Assembly: GCA_964344485.1 (NCBI GenBank)
Contig: CAYFNF010000003.1
Location: 148,467 to 212,466 of the forward strand
Direction of reading: 5' to 3'
Length of the DNA stretch: 64,000 nucleotides
DNA from: an uncultured Gammaproteobacteria bacterium
GTDB taxonomy: Bacteria > Patescibacteriota > Patescibacteriia > UBA9570 > XYC2-FULL-38-9
Part shown: in pieces, positions 21,201-29,929 of the stretch
Layout of the letters: each line of letters opens with the position of its first letter
Numbering within the stretch: position 1 is the stretch's first letter
Notes under the pieces: generated by a model
The model's input: only the letters and a program-made list of their open reading frames with translations
Told to the model about the DNA's origin: nothing
Databases searched by the model: none
Translations under genes and position numbers: made by a program

Positions 21201-23764
21201 AACTGCTCTTGCTCTGACATACGTGCTCGTCGCTCTGCATCATTCCATGCTCCTCGAATGTGCGTCCATATTACTGAGGGATCTTCTCCTTCTAGAAAGC
21301 GGAGCATCTCTGCAGGTGGAACAGAATCAGAACATGATGATATAATCGCATCCAGAAACTCTTGTCGAGCTCGTTTAGATTCATACGTCACTGCAGGGTA
21401 TAGATGAAGTATCGGTGCGGCTCGCTCAACTAAGTCATCGTATGATGCTATCCCGACTTCATGCAACAATCCAACTAACTCAGCTTGATGCAGAGAAGCA
21501 ACTTCAGCATGGGAAACCTGTAAAATACTATGCATCTGTTCTAGGCGTTCTTGAGGGGTGAGTGTTTGAAACCCTTCTCTCTCAGCTCGTGCTTGGATCG
21601 CACGAGTTACCACGTGCTCCCATAATACATAGATAGCATCAGCACCGCGGAGAGGTGCGTCAAATCCTGTTTCTTCTAAAAATAATTCGTTCGCTGAGGG
21701 TCTCGCTTCTATAGCTGGTTGTGGAAAGTGGCGTAACCACTGTTCACACTCCTGTTGTGAAAGTGTTGCAACAAAACCTTCAAGTTCCGCGGGTTGATAT
21801 CCTCTTGCAGATAACTTCATGGCGAGTTCAGCAACCAACTGTCCAAGTGTAGCGGCGTGCTCTGCTGAAAGTAATGCGCGACCCTCTGCGCTAGTAGTAT
21901 ACCGCTGTGCAAACCGCTGAGCGAGTTCCGGAAGTATACGATCAACAGTAGGAGAAGGAATGGTCCGTGGTTCTAAGGCTGGCATGGATTCTCCTGTGGC
22001 AATTGCTTGTCCTAACGCGGCAAGCGCTTCATTGTCATCACTATCAAACGCGTTTCGCGCTTCCATCATGAGAACTTGCCTGATGACTGCTACTCTTCCC
22101 TCTGGAGTTGAGACATCATCTGCTCTACGTAACTCTTCAGGTAGATAATGCTCTCTTGTGAGGTCGACTGTTAAGACACCTTGAGTGAGTTTGTCCAGCT
22201 GCATCTTCCAATTGCGTGCTTGGTCATGAAAAAATGGGGTACTGCTTTCACTGCAGAGAGTCATAAGCTCTTCAGGCTCTGCTGCACGCACTTGCTCTTT
22301 TACTGCATCATTATATTCATATCCGTCTTCTTTCGGCCCGTCGATATCTGCGTTAGAAATAAGCGTGTCTAGCGTGTCAGCGGACACACCATCAACTACT
22401 GCTTCTAGCTGTGCACGAAGATGCTGTACTTTACGTTGTAGTTCAATACGTGCTGCAAGCTTTGCTGCTTTTTCATGATCGTCCGGGTCTTCATCAGCAG
22501 CTGCTTGCGCTTGTGGAATTTGCTCACTGAGAAACCGTAGTGTTTCATCATATGCTTTGATTACTTCCGCGCGTTGCCGCTGCAGTCGCGTGTGCAGCGA
22601 TCGTTCAAATTTCTCTTCGTCATACGGCCCTTCCTCTACTTGTGCCCCAAAATCAAATTCTCTATCCATATATCGAGAGAGTTTATCCGGTGCTACCGAA
22701 GCCCTTGCCAAATACTCTGCTCTTCCTTCAGAGTAATGGTAACCGTAATATGCGGCATGTAGTGCATTGAGCACTTCTGCAAAATTGTGAAGCACAATCC
22801 TCTGTGCATAGTGTTTTCGCATTCGCTCCTGCTCTGCTGCGTGATGAAATAACGCGTGACGATCTAATACAAAAGCAGCAACACCAACTTCAACCGCATC
22901 ATGAAAACTCTCAGCTTGAGCGATCATGTCTTCAATATGGTCTAAACCCTCAGCACGGTACAATCGCGTGCCAGGTCGGCCGGGTGGTTCATCGATAAAT
23001 GCACGTTGCACTTCTGCTGGAACAACGGTCGGCTCTTTTTCAATATTCGGTAGCCAGGTGTCTGGGCTCTCCACTAACTCCACGAGCTCTCTATATCTAT
23101 CAGCGGATCGAGGGTGGGATGTTCCAATAGGCAGATCATTCGATAGGCTTAATAGAAACTGGATAGCTGCTAATCCCTCACGTGGATTATATCCAGCTTG
23201 TGCAAGTGCGATCAGTCCACCACGGTCAGCGTCGTATTCCGCATTCAAGCGGCGCTGCTTCTCATCGTGATCTGGATAGTCTTCATGAACGACGCCTTCT
23301 TCAGTATGCTGATCAATATGTGTACTTTCATGCGCTGCCACCATAGCGATCATGTCTTCGGTCATTGGTCGACCGTGTCGTTCGCACCAGCGCCCAAGTT
23401 CTCGCAGCAATCCCATGTATGTGTAGACGTGCGCGTGCCCGCTTACGACAAACGCATTAATTCCGGGTGAATCAATTGCAACCACATCAGTGGCGGGAAT
23501 CGATAACTGCCGCTCAATTCTTGCTTGAATGCGTGCCAGCATCTCTTTTCGCGGATCATCATCATCTAGAATTCCAAAACGCTGCTCCAATTGATAGAGC
23601 ATTCGTCGTAAATACGCTTCTGTTTGGTCTTGCCTACTTTGTGCTTCTGCAAGCCCAATTATTTCTACTCTTGGCGGTTCATCATGATCAACTTCAGGAA
23701 CTTCAGCAATTGAACGTGCTGGTCGTGGTAGTCTGGATTCTGATGCTGCAGCGTGTGAGTTCAT
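18215..23764 (-). CDS. giant multidomain protein (1849 aa): N-terminal M48-family zinc metalloprotease domain + C-terminal ABC1/UbiB-type atypical kinase-like domain
   Basis: M48 signatures INAFVVSGHAHVY, HESTH(x)..., EYDADRGGLIALAQAGYNP. ABC1 signatures VGPVGIKAGQVLAEEKNADGTPLLPDDIAEELRKLQQNAKTF, ISAASIKQVYRATREDGQRVIAKVRRPSI, FQADPHPGNWVV. Confidence 0.75.
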   Translation of the reverse strand: MNSHAAASESRLPRPARSIAEVPEVDHDEPPRVEIIGLAEAQSRQDQTEAYLRRMLYQLEQRFGILDDDDPRKEMLARIQARIERQLSIPATDVVAIDSPGINAFVVSGHAHVYTYMGLLRELGRWCERHGRPMTEDMIAMVAAHESTHIDQHTEEGVVHEDYPDHDEKQRRLNAEYDADRGGLIALAQAGYNPREGLAAIQFLLSLSNDLPIGTSHPRSADRYRELVELVESPDTWLPNIEKEPTVVPAEVQRAFIDEPPGRPGTRLYRAEGLDHIEDMIAQAESFHDAVEVGVAAFVLDRHALFHHAAEQERMRKHYAQRIVLHNFAEVLNALHAAYYGYHYSEGRAEYLARASVAPDKLSRYMDREFDFGAQVEEGPYDEEKFERSLHTRLQRQRAEVIKAYDETLRFLSEQIPQAQAAADEDPDDHEKAAKLAARIELQRKVQHLRAQLEAVVDGVSADTLDTLISNADIDGPKEDGYEYNDAVKEQVRAAEPEELMTLCSESSTPFFHDQARNWKMQLDKLTQGVLTVDLTREHYLPEELRRADDVSTPEGRVAVIRQVLMMEARNAFDSDDNEALAALGQAIATGESMPALEPRTIPSPTVDRILPELAQRFAQRYTTSAEGRALLSAEHAATLGQLVAELAMKLSARGYQPAELEGFVATLSQQECEQWLRHFPQPAIEARPSANELFLEETGFDAPLRGADAIYVLWEHVVTRAIQARAEREGFQTLTPQERLEQMHSILQVSHAEVASLHQAELVGLLHEVGIASYDDLVERAAPILHLYPAVTYESKRARQEFLDAIISSCSDSVPPAEMLRFLEGEDPSVIWTHIRGAWNDAERRARMSEQEQLDFLEAALDVVPKWDSDCIDRREVEDYTERDKAAAIYSISLSIEYVRLYMVLNPGDSIVAPLKRVLRDGAINFDTSVSPHAADLQAAFDALTQPELEELARYCVEIEGKCKQAEDRSGEWGVDRIDRGVTYSIMQRALEAHGIIWQWGRWHVEPDERSEDESVAAITQFVPVSTRDTQLRDIFRVYHPGALPDEVVESGFVQRYHPIDRESHYSKSTSELIPRNIESDAAAYDPSAPSFTTIFRGDRKYSERYNALEFYIDYTQLPADPSIPAVGRVDRVQELIPEVTNYRDELLGAIETALLQERGLTTNGHEVVAPEGNEIQPDVAHELYTFYQRTIPLFADQAHQQLWSRRANSLFREHLATGEETFASELDRISELYPHASHVRGEALLQLGDTGVVRTPPQAREITRRLFDVQRRTTEDAELSQQSTVEKINSVLAYLNREDRKEFVLWTIGETDQPPRILRAFGGHNECSVEDMPDLLFAATPQEREETYIRLLFGENGVMDPREEEDEAIFQEFIDRSFERVFPPEAAEALGERGREAVRVIFTTALQEYGPFRRAKVYIEMMEVLRGQGDSTIGERLRGLLEAVGPVGIKAGQVLAEEKNADGTPLLPDDIAEELRKLQQNAKTFHRTASMHMMGAVGQFEEGHPHRLVSMDRRISAASIKQVYRATREDGQRVIAKVRRPSIAKHLGEDLRVLNRIMGNLREADFTVPDGLEDRIGRWLRDEANFQEEVRNHEAVAAAMEDYPQAAMARLFPVRIAEILDHSEEHILEEEIRGLSLRELTDVAMGRRTLADFQAKYDLQPDEMTAYEGLVGRLEDIHVQAFDALMYQIFVKGRFQADPHPGNWVVTPDGELGELDLGSAGEIAQTEIDSIKKIFLGMLAQFQNPALVQEGIRTFVPDVEAEQLERVAAVVSGTLETGEKYKEVLMIISEGGRAIHEGFEKFMKSLATGAYLARMEEPTGEPGKTRYRDISPMRLLPTVMGYGRITT

Positions 23765-23832
23765 GTATGATTATAACAAATAAAAATATCACAAAATAGT
23801 GAAAAAGTCAATGGAATCCTCCAATACAATCA

Positions 23833-26800
23833 TTATGCAGCAGCAGCTGGCGGCTCGGGTTGCTGACGATGTCGATGATGGCTGAACCATGCTATACCAA
23901 CTAAGAATATAATGACGATTCCAATGTTAATCATCACCAGCATGGTGGTGCTTGAGAGGCGATTCTTCTCTTCAATCACAAACCGCGTGATCTCGACCTG
24001 GTCAGATTTCACACCGTTTACTTCGGTTTGAGCAAAAACGACGTGATCTCCTTCACCGAGCAACTCTGCTGGAACCGTAATACTCCATTTACCGTTGGTG
24101 TCTACTTGCGCGACTTTTACTAATGGGTCTGAATAGATCGTCAGAATTGCCACAGCAGACATCTCTCTATACTGCTCAGCAATCTCTCCGGAGATAGTAA
24201 TCTCGTTCTTCTGTTCTTCGACTGTGCCGCCGAATAATCGTCTTGTTGCATCAATAATATCCCACTGCTGAACTTGCGTATAGGTGACGGTCCCATCATC
24301 TGATACCGTCGGTTCGATTGTAGTGCTATCTTGCTGGAACTCTATATCCGCAGTGTCTTGCAGCTGTCCAGTCTCGGTGGTCTGCAATTCTTCTCTTTGC
24401 TGCTTGGTCAGCGGCACGACTTCATCTGTATATGTATACGGATTCTCTGGCGGTTGTTTGACTCCATCCTCAGCATATTGTGTTTTTATTAGCTCTTCAA
24501 ATTTCTTTACGTTCACTACAACCACATCTGGAAGGCCGGTGTCGGTTGAACCCCCTTGGATTGGGTTGGTGCCGTACTTCACTTCATCACTATCTGATAC
24601 GCCGTCGTCATCAGAATCCGTGTCTGTTGGGTCAGAACCCAAATCCACTTCGTCGGAATCGCTTACCCCATCTTGATCTGAGTCCGCGTCTTCTGGATCA
24701 GTACCTAGCTCTTTCTCTTGTTCATCAGTCAGGCCGTCTCCGTCACTATCGGTCTCAGCTGGCTCGGTGTCAGTTCCTTGGTCAGGGCCTGGGTCTGTGC
24801 CCTGGCTCGGATCGCCGGTGTCAGTGTCTGGAGTATCAGTAGAAGGAGTTTCTTGAGGGGTGGCAGGGGCTACGGGTACGCTCACAGGAGCACTTACTGG
24901 TGCTGACACAGTAAAGGTGATTTCATTCGAAGTAGTCTCTGGATAGCCAGCTTGTTCAGAAGTGACAGCGTATGCAGTATGCGTGCCTGTAGATAGTGCA
25001 GATGGACGACATGCAACAGAGCTGGTCTCTCCACCACCAGTTGCAGTAGTATCGCAAATTCTCTGCCCATCAACATAGATTTGGGTATAAGCACCAGTAC
25101 GTGCTAATAGAGTAATCCATGGTCGGTTATATGATGTCTGCGCGTCCACCACAACTTGTTGCATCACTGCTGCAGGGTATGGGGTTGCGCGTACAATAGT
25201 CTGTGGAGTAAATACCTTTATCACAGTATCTTTTTTCGTATTCACGACCTTTACCTTGATCGCATTCGCTCCAATTGATAGTGCGGTGGTTGGTGTGCCC
25301 TGATATGAAATCACTGGACCAGTGTCGCTGGTAATAGCAGCAGTTCCGCTCAACGTACCGTTTACGAACAGTTGTACTGCAACATCATCCACTGAGATAT
25401 TTCCGATATAGACGTTACCGAAAAAGACCGGGTTCTTACTAAACGTCACATTCGAAGTCAATTTACTTCGCTCCTCTTTTGGATAGATATGAAATCGATC
25501 TGACACTACAGAAGATCCGACCGTATACCGGACACTGGATGTCTTTCCCACATTCCCTTTCTTATCTTCGATATTTGCCTCAGACGTATGTTTGTCGTAA
25601 TTCTTCTGGATCTGCGAATCTACCTCCCATTCTCCTTGCGCGTCTGTGGTGTCAGAACCGTCTAACTCACCTTCGGTATATACAGAAACTTCAGACTCTG
25701 TTTCAGCAGTTCCACTAAATGAAACGTATTGGTTGTAAACAATGTCATTTTGTTCTGGCTCTTCGATTACTGCTGCAGGCGGGCCGATTGAGAAACTCGC
25801 GGTCTTCTCCCACTCTGTGGAGCTGGATCTACTAGCGGTCTTCACTTTTGTGTACAGCTCCCAGAGTCCGCGCTTCAGTGTAAACTCTGTTTCTGCTGTG
25901 CCGTTACTGCCGACCTGTTCTTCATTGATCTTCTCTGCGCCGTTCTTTACGCGCACAAATTTAAACACCACCCACTGGCCAGTGGTTCCGGTTGCTGATA
26001 GCTCTACCTTCAGACGACCGGTATCCTCCTGTGCACTCAGTCGATGTACGCTCGAAGGATCACTTCGCAACTGCTCTCCATTTACTGTTAGTGCGGTGGG
26101 TAACAGTGATGACGCTGATCCTTCCTGTGTAGTGAATGAGTCTACTGAAGAGTTCGATGTATTACTACTCGCATCCGCGCTCACTACCTGATAGTAATAT
26201 GTAGTGCTGCTTAAAAGCCCTGATACAGTCACTGAATGGCTCTTTGTTAATCCACTAGTTGTTTGTGACTGCGGAATTTGCTCAGTCTTTCCATATCGTA
26301 CTTGTGATGTTGCTTTTTCATTCGTGGTCCAAGTAATAACCGCGGATGTAGAACGGCGAGTGACTTGAATATCTGAAATAGTGGGCGCCGAAAGGTCTCC
26401 AGTATCTGTGGTTGGGATTACTGACCCTGAAGTAAACTGAGATGTATTGTTTGATGAGTCTGTTAGCGTTGCAGTGACTTTATAGTTAGAAGCATATGAT
26501 TCTAGAGTGCTCTTGGGAACATCAACGCTCCATGTTAAACTCGTGACCGCTGCTTCTGTTATATAGACCTCGCCTTCATTATTCCGGTCTACAAAGACCT
26601 CCACTGTTCCGTCACTAGATGCAGTACCCGAGACAGTGTATGTATCTCCTTGCAAAGAAATTGCACTGATCACTGGGGTAGCAAGCCCCTCATTTGCTCC
26701 ATCAATTAGATTAATTCCACTTGAGGAGTTGTTATAGATAGAATTCTGTGTTACTAAATTGTATTTAGTTCCACTTTGAGAGATGTTCAATCCATCTGCA

Positions 26801-29202
26801 TAGGCGTTAGTAACTATGTTGCCCGGTCCAATGGTGTTGCTCTGACTAGTATTGGAGAGTGTTACTGCGTTCCACTGACACGGAAGCGGATCACCGTTTG
26901 TATCGATGCCGATCCTGTTTGATGAGAGAGTATTGTTTGAAGAGTCAGCAAATACCACACAGCGGTCTATATTGCCGATCACATTATCACTAATGGTGTT
27001 CCCAGTGCTGTTCGCTCGAATGATAATTCCATATACGTCATCCTGAGTAACAGGTTTCGTGATACCAATCCTATTACTGGAAATCACATTATTAATTCCA
27101 CCTTGCATTAGAATGTTCATGACATTGCCCGCAATAGTGTTGCTACCATTGATAGTGTTAGAACTGCCAGTGAGTTCAAGGCCGACAGCATTCTGCATCA
27201 CCGTTTGTTTACTCACTGCGAGGCCAATAGTATTCCCAGTGGCGGTGTTACTGTCTCCTTCAATCCATAACCCCACGCCGCTATGGTTAGAGATGAAATT
27301 CGTAGATATAGAATTACTATCGCTTTCAGTATCAATCACAAGACCGTTTGTGGTGTTTCCGATATTCGTATCACTTGCAGATACACCGATGTAGTTATCT
27401 GAGAGTGTGTTTGAATCAGAGGAATAGATAGCAATGCCCGATTCATTAAAACCAATGACATTAGATTGCGATGTTCCAATTCTACTATTTGATACTCCAG
27501 TAAATAGAATTCCGGTTCCAGTGTTCCCTCGATCGACTAGTGAAGCGTTGGTTCCAATATAATTACCCTCTATCGCTAGCTGAGAGATGTTTCCTGCGCT
27601 GCTATTTGCCTCAATACCATTTGATAGATTTCCAGAGATAGTATTCTTCGAAATCGATACCGCATTCGCGCTAATGGCAATAGAGATGCCATCCTCACCA
27701 TTCGAAACCGCTGCTCCACTTGAATCCAATCCAATAGTATTCTCAGTTATTGTGACATCGCTATCGTTTTCCAAGTAAATCCCATTTGCATCATTTCCTG
27801 AAATCACGTTATTCGGACCAATCGTTGTGTCTGCCCCACCAAAGATTCCGTCAGTATTTGGAATGGCTGTTCCAGAACTGTTTAATCCAATATAGTTCCC
27901 GGTGATTGTTCCAGTGCTCTGGTTCACTACTACCCCTGACTGGGTATTACCTGCAATAGTGTTGTTCGAAAGTGTATTCGCTCCTTGAAATGTTACACCG
28001 TTATTATTTTCAACTGCGCTCGTGCCGTTACTATCTACTCCGATATTATTCTTATTCACCGTGTTCCCAGATGTAGTTGCTTCTAAGAAGATACCTGACT
28101 TTGTATTGCCTGAAATTGTATTGCCAACGATCGTGTTATTGTTTCCGGTTACTCGAATACCTGAATCCCCATTAGTGGATTTTGTGGAACCGTCTGCAGT
28201 TATACCTATATAGTTCAAACCGATAGTACTGCTACTGCCTCGCAATTCAATTCCGTTGCTCGTATTTCCAGAGATGATATTGCGGAACGCTTGGTTGCTG
28301 CTATCTCCAATAGTGATGCCAGATACCGTCGCTGCTATATTAACTCCGTTTATCCCATTAGCGGTGATAGTGTTAGAACGCAATACATTAGTATTTGAAT
28401 TCTCGATAAAATTCACTCCCTGCTCAGAATTATTCGATATCGAGTTACCGGTTACCGTGGTGCTGGTTGCAGTGCCCCCAAAATAGATTCCGTTACGATT
28501 GCCTTTGATTGTGTTGCCTGAAATGGCATTATTACTCGATGCGACCTGAATGCCTTCACCCCCTGCAAAGCCTTCTATCGTGAAATTTGATATCTGACAA
28601 TTATCCGCTCGGATAGCTAGCCCATCATTATCTTGAGCTGCTGACAGCGCGCTCCCTTCAATGCCAACTCTGTTATCCCCATCGATTATAAGTTCATCAG
28701 TAATCGCGGGTAGCACACTTGAGGTTACTGCTATCTTTCCGTTTAATGAACTATTGAAACTGATCACGTCAGCACCAAGACTCGCGTTTGCATCGAGTAT
28801 AGCTTGCCGCAAAGATCCCGCACCGCTGTCATTCAAGTTTGACACAGTGAAATTAGCAGCATACGCGACTTTGATCTGATTCACCGGTAGCACTACAGAT
28901 GAAATTGCATACAAGAGAATAACCACTGCAACAAAGAACGCGGTGACTAACCCGCTGCGTAGTCGTATCTTTTTTCTGCGACTGTGATGCTCATGATACG
29001 AAAAACCCCAGATCCCTTTATGGTCTTGGTCATATAATGTACAGAATGTGTGCTGAGGTGGATAGAAAATGATATAGAAATATTCGTACAGCACGTATGC
29101 TATATATAGTGGAACGAGCGCAATGCCTAAAAGGACACGAATAATGAACGGTCGGGGTTTGGCTTGTACGTAGCACTCAATATGATTGATGGTTTTTTTC
29201 AT
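23833..29202 (-). CDS. giant cell-surface protein (1789 aa): N-terminal TM/signal, GSLRQAI (CSLREA-like) motif, many parallel beta-helix repeats, FN3-like domain, TSP3-like Ca-binding D-x-D-x-D-G repeats, C-terminal TM anchor
   Basis: Repetitive N.I.GN...GI units typical of right-handed beta-helix; DSDGDGLTDEQE/DSDQDGVSDSDE/DSDDDGVSDSDE repeats; C-terminal hydrophobic LVMINIGIVIIFLVGIAWF + HHRHRQQ. Confidence 0.8.
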   Translation of the reverse strand: MKKTINHIECYVQAKPRPFIIRVLLGIALVPLYIAYVLYEYFYIIFYPPQHTFCTLYDQDHKGIWGFSYHEHHSRRKKIRLRSGLVTAFFVAVVILLYAISSVVLPVNQIKVAYAANFTVSNLNDSGAGSLRQAILDANASLGADVISFNSSLNGKIAVTSSVLPAITDELIIDGDNRVGIEGSALSAAQDNDGLAIRADNCQISNFTIEGFAGGEGIQVASSNNAISGNTIKGNRNGIYFGGTATSTTVTGNSISNNSEQGVNFIENSNTNVLRSNTITANGINGVNIAATVSGITIGDSSNQAFRNIISGNTSNGIELRGSSSTIGLNYIGITADGSTKSTNGDSGIRVTGNNNTIVGNTISGNTKSGIFLEATTSGNTVNKNNIGVDSNGTSAVENNNGVTFQGANTLSNNTIAGNTQSGVVVNQSTGTITGNYIGLNSSGTAIPNTDGIFGGADTTIGPNNVISGNDANGIYLENDSDVTITENTIGLDSSGAAVSNGEDGISIAISANAVSISKNTISGNLSNGIEANSSAGNISQLAIEGNYIGTNASLVDRGNTGTGILFTGVSNSRIGTSQSNVIGFNESGIAIYSSDSNTLSDNYIGVSASDTNIGNTTNGLVIDTESDSNSISTNFISNHSGVGLWIEGDSNTATGNTIGLAVSKQTVMQNAVGLELTGSSNTINGSNTIAGNVMNILMQGGINNVISSNRIGITKPVTQDDVYGIIIRANSTGNTISDNVIGNIDRCVVFADSSNNTLSSNRIGIDTNGDPLPCQWNAVTLSNTSQSNTIGPGNIVTNAYADGLNISQSGTKYNLVTQNSIYNNSSSGINLIDGANEGLATPVISAISLQGDTYTVSGTASSDGTVEVFVDRNNEGEVYITEAAVTSLTWSVDVPKSTLESYASNYKVTATLTDSSNNTSQFTSGSVIPTTDTGDLSAPTISDIQVTRRSTSAVITWTTNEKATSQVRYGKTEQIPQSQTTSGLTKSHSVTVSGLLSSTTYYYQVVSADASSNTSNSSVDSFTTQEGSASSLLPTALTVNGEQLRSDPSSVHRLSAQEDTGRLKVELSATGTTGQWVVFKFVRVKNGAEKINEEQVGSNGTAETEFTLKRGLWELYTKVKTASRSSSTEWEKTASFSIGPPAAVIEEPEQNDIVYNQYVSFSGTAETESEVSVYTEGELDGSDTTDAQGEWEVDSQIQKNYDKHTSEANIEDKKGNVGKTSSVRYTVGSSVVSDRFHIYPKEERSKLTSNVTFSKNPVFFGNVYIGNISVDDVAVQLFVNGTLSGTAAITSDTGPVISYQGTPTTALSIGANAIKVKVVNTKKDTVIKVFTPQTIVRATPYPAAVMQQVVVDAQTSYNRPWITLLARTGAYTQIYVDGQRICDTTATGGGETSSVACRPSALSTGTHTAYAVTSEQAGYPETTSNEITFTVSAPVSAPVSVPVAPATPQETPSTDTPDTDTGDPSQGTDPGPDQGTDTEPAETDSDGDGLTDEQEKELGTDPEDADSDQDGVSDSDEVDLGSDPTDTDSDDDGVSDSDEVKYGTNPIQGGSTDTGLPDVVVVNVKKFEELIKTQYAEDGVKQPPENPYTYTDEVVPLTKQQREELQTTETGQLQDTADIEFQQDSTTIEPTVSDDGTVTYTQVQQWDIIDATRRLFGGTVEEQKNEITISGEIAEQYREMSAVAILTIYSDPLVKVAQVDTNGKWSITVPAELLGEGDHVVFAQTEVNGVKSDQVEITRFVIEEKNRLSSTTMLVMINIGIVIIFLVGIAWFSHHRHRQQPEPPAAAA

Positions 29203-29465
29203 ATCTCAGGATAACAAAAAGGCCTTCTCCTCAATAAAAAGCCTTTATTTTTCTATTCAATGAATGCATATACTATTGTCTGGTTTTGTTTTTGTTTTTG
29301 AACTGACTACATATAGAATTTTAACATTTTTAAGATTGTTTGTCAAACAATAAAATCCGGGAAAAAGCGGGTTTTGCTGTCCGCAGGATACAAAAAAAGC
29401 CAGGGACCCACGATCGGGTGTGGCGTTAGCTCAGGAACGGGTGACGCGGTGCTGCGTCGGTCCGG

Positions 29466-29759
29466 CTACGCGCTGGGCGCGTCGCTGGCCAGGGCCAGCA
29501 GGCCGTCCGGCATGACCGCGGCGAGCGTACCGAGGTGGCCGACGCCGTTGGCGCCGCTCGAGCCGTTCCCGGGCTCGTTGGACTGCGCGTCCTGGTCGGC
29601 GGTACCGCCGTCGCTGCTGCCGTCGTCGTCCGGGCTCTTCCTCTGGCTGCTGCCGGGCAGGCCGTCCGCCTCGCCACGTCGGGCGAGCTGGGCCGTGAGG
29701 TTCTGTGAGCCACCGACTCCGCGGTGCAGGGGGCAGGCGTTCCGTCGTCTCTGCGTCAT
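29466..29759 (-). CDS. small Gly/Ser/Asp-rich protein (97 aa) in about 70% GC island
   Basis: GAGGAG RBS 6 nt upstream of ATG; third-codon-position GC about 95% in this frame over a 60-nt sample, versus Arg/Pro/Ala-rich nonsense in overlapping frames. Confidence 0.45.
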   Translation of the reverse strand: MTQRRRNACPLHRGVGGSQNLTAQLARRGEADGLPGSSQRKSPDDDGSSDGGTADQDAQSNEPGNGSSGANGVGHLGTLAAVMPDGLLALASDAPSA

Positions 29760-29880
29760 CTCTTCTCCTCGTCAGTTCGACGTTCGCGCAGGCGTTGGGC
29801 AGGAGCCCAACTAAAAGCATCGAGTTGCCTCGAGCTTAACGCAAGAACTCTACACGAAAGTCTAATATTTGTCAAGAGTA

Positions 29881-29909
29881 GACTAGAAAACAGGGTTATT
29901 CGCCCTGTT
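29881..29909 (-). terminator. intrinsic terminator of ppsA (AACAGGG-N7-CCCUGUU + U-run on minus strand)
   Basis: 7-bp perfect stem just downstream of ppsA stop, followed by TTTTCT on the coding strand. Confidence 0.55.
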
Positions 29910-29929
29910 GCTAGTTTTTCTCCTTGTTT

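Noticed and set aside
29374-29820. Three overlapping alternative ORFs (+ and -) in the 70% GC island
   Set aside because: Arg/Pro/Ala-rich nonsense typical of off-frame high-GC DNA; only the 29466..29759 frame has about 95% GC3 and an RBS.
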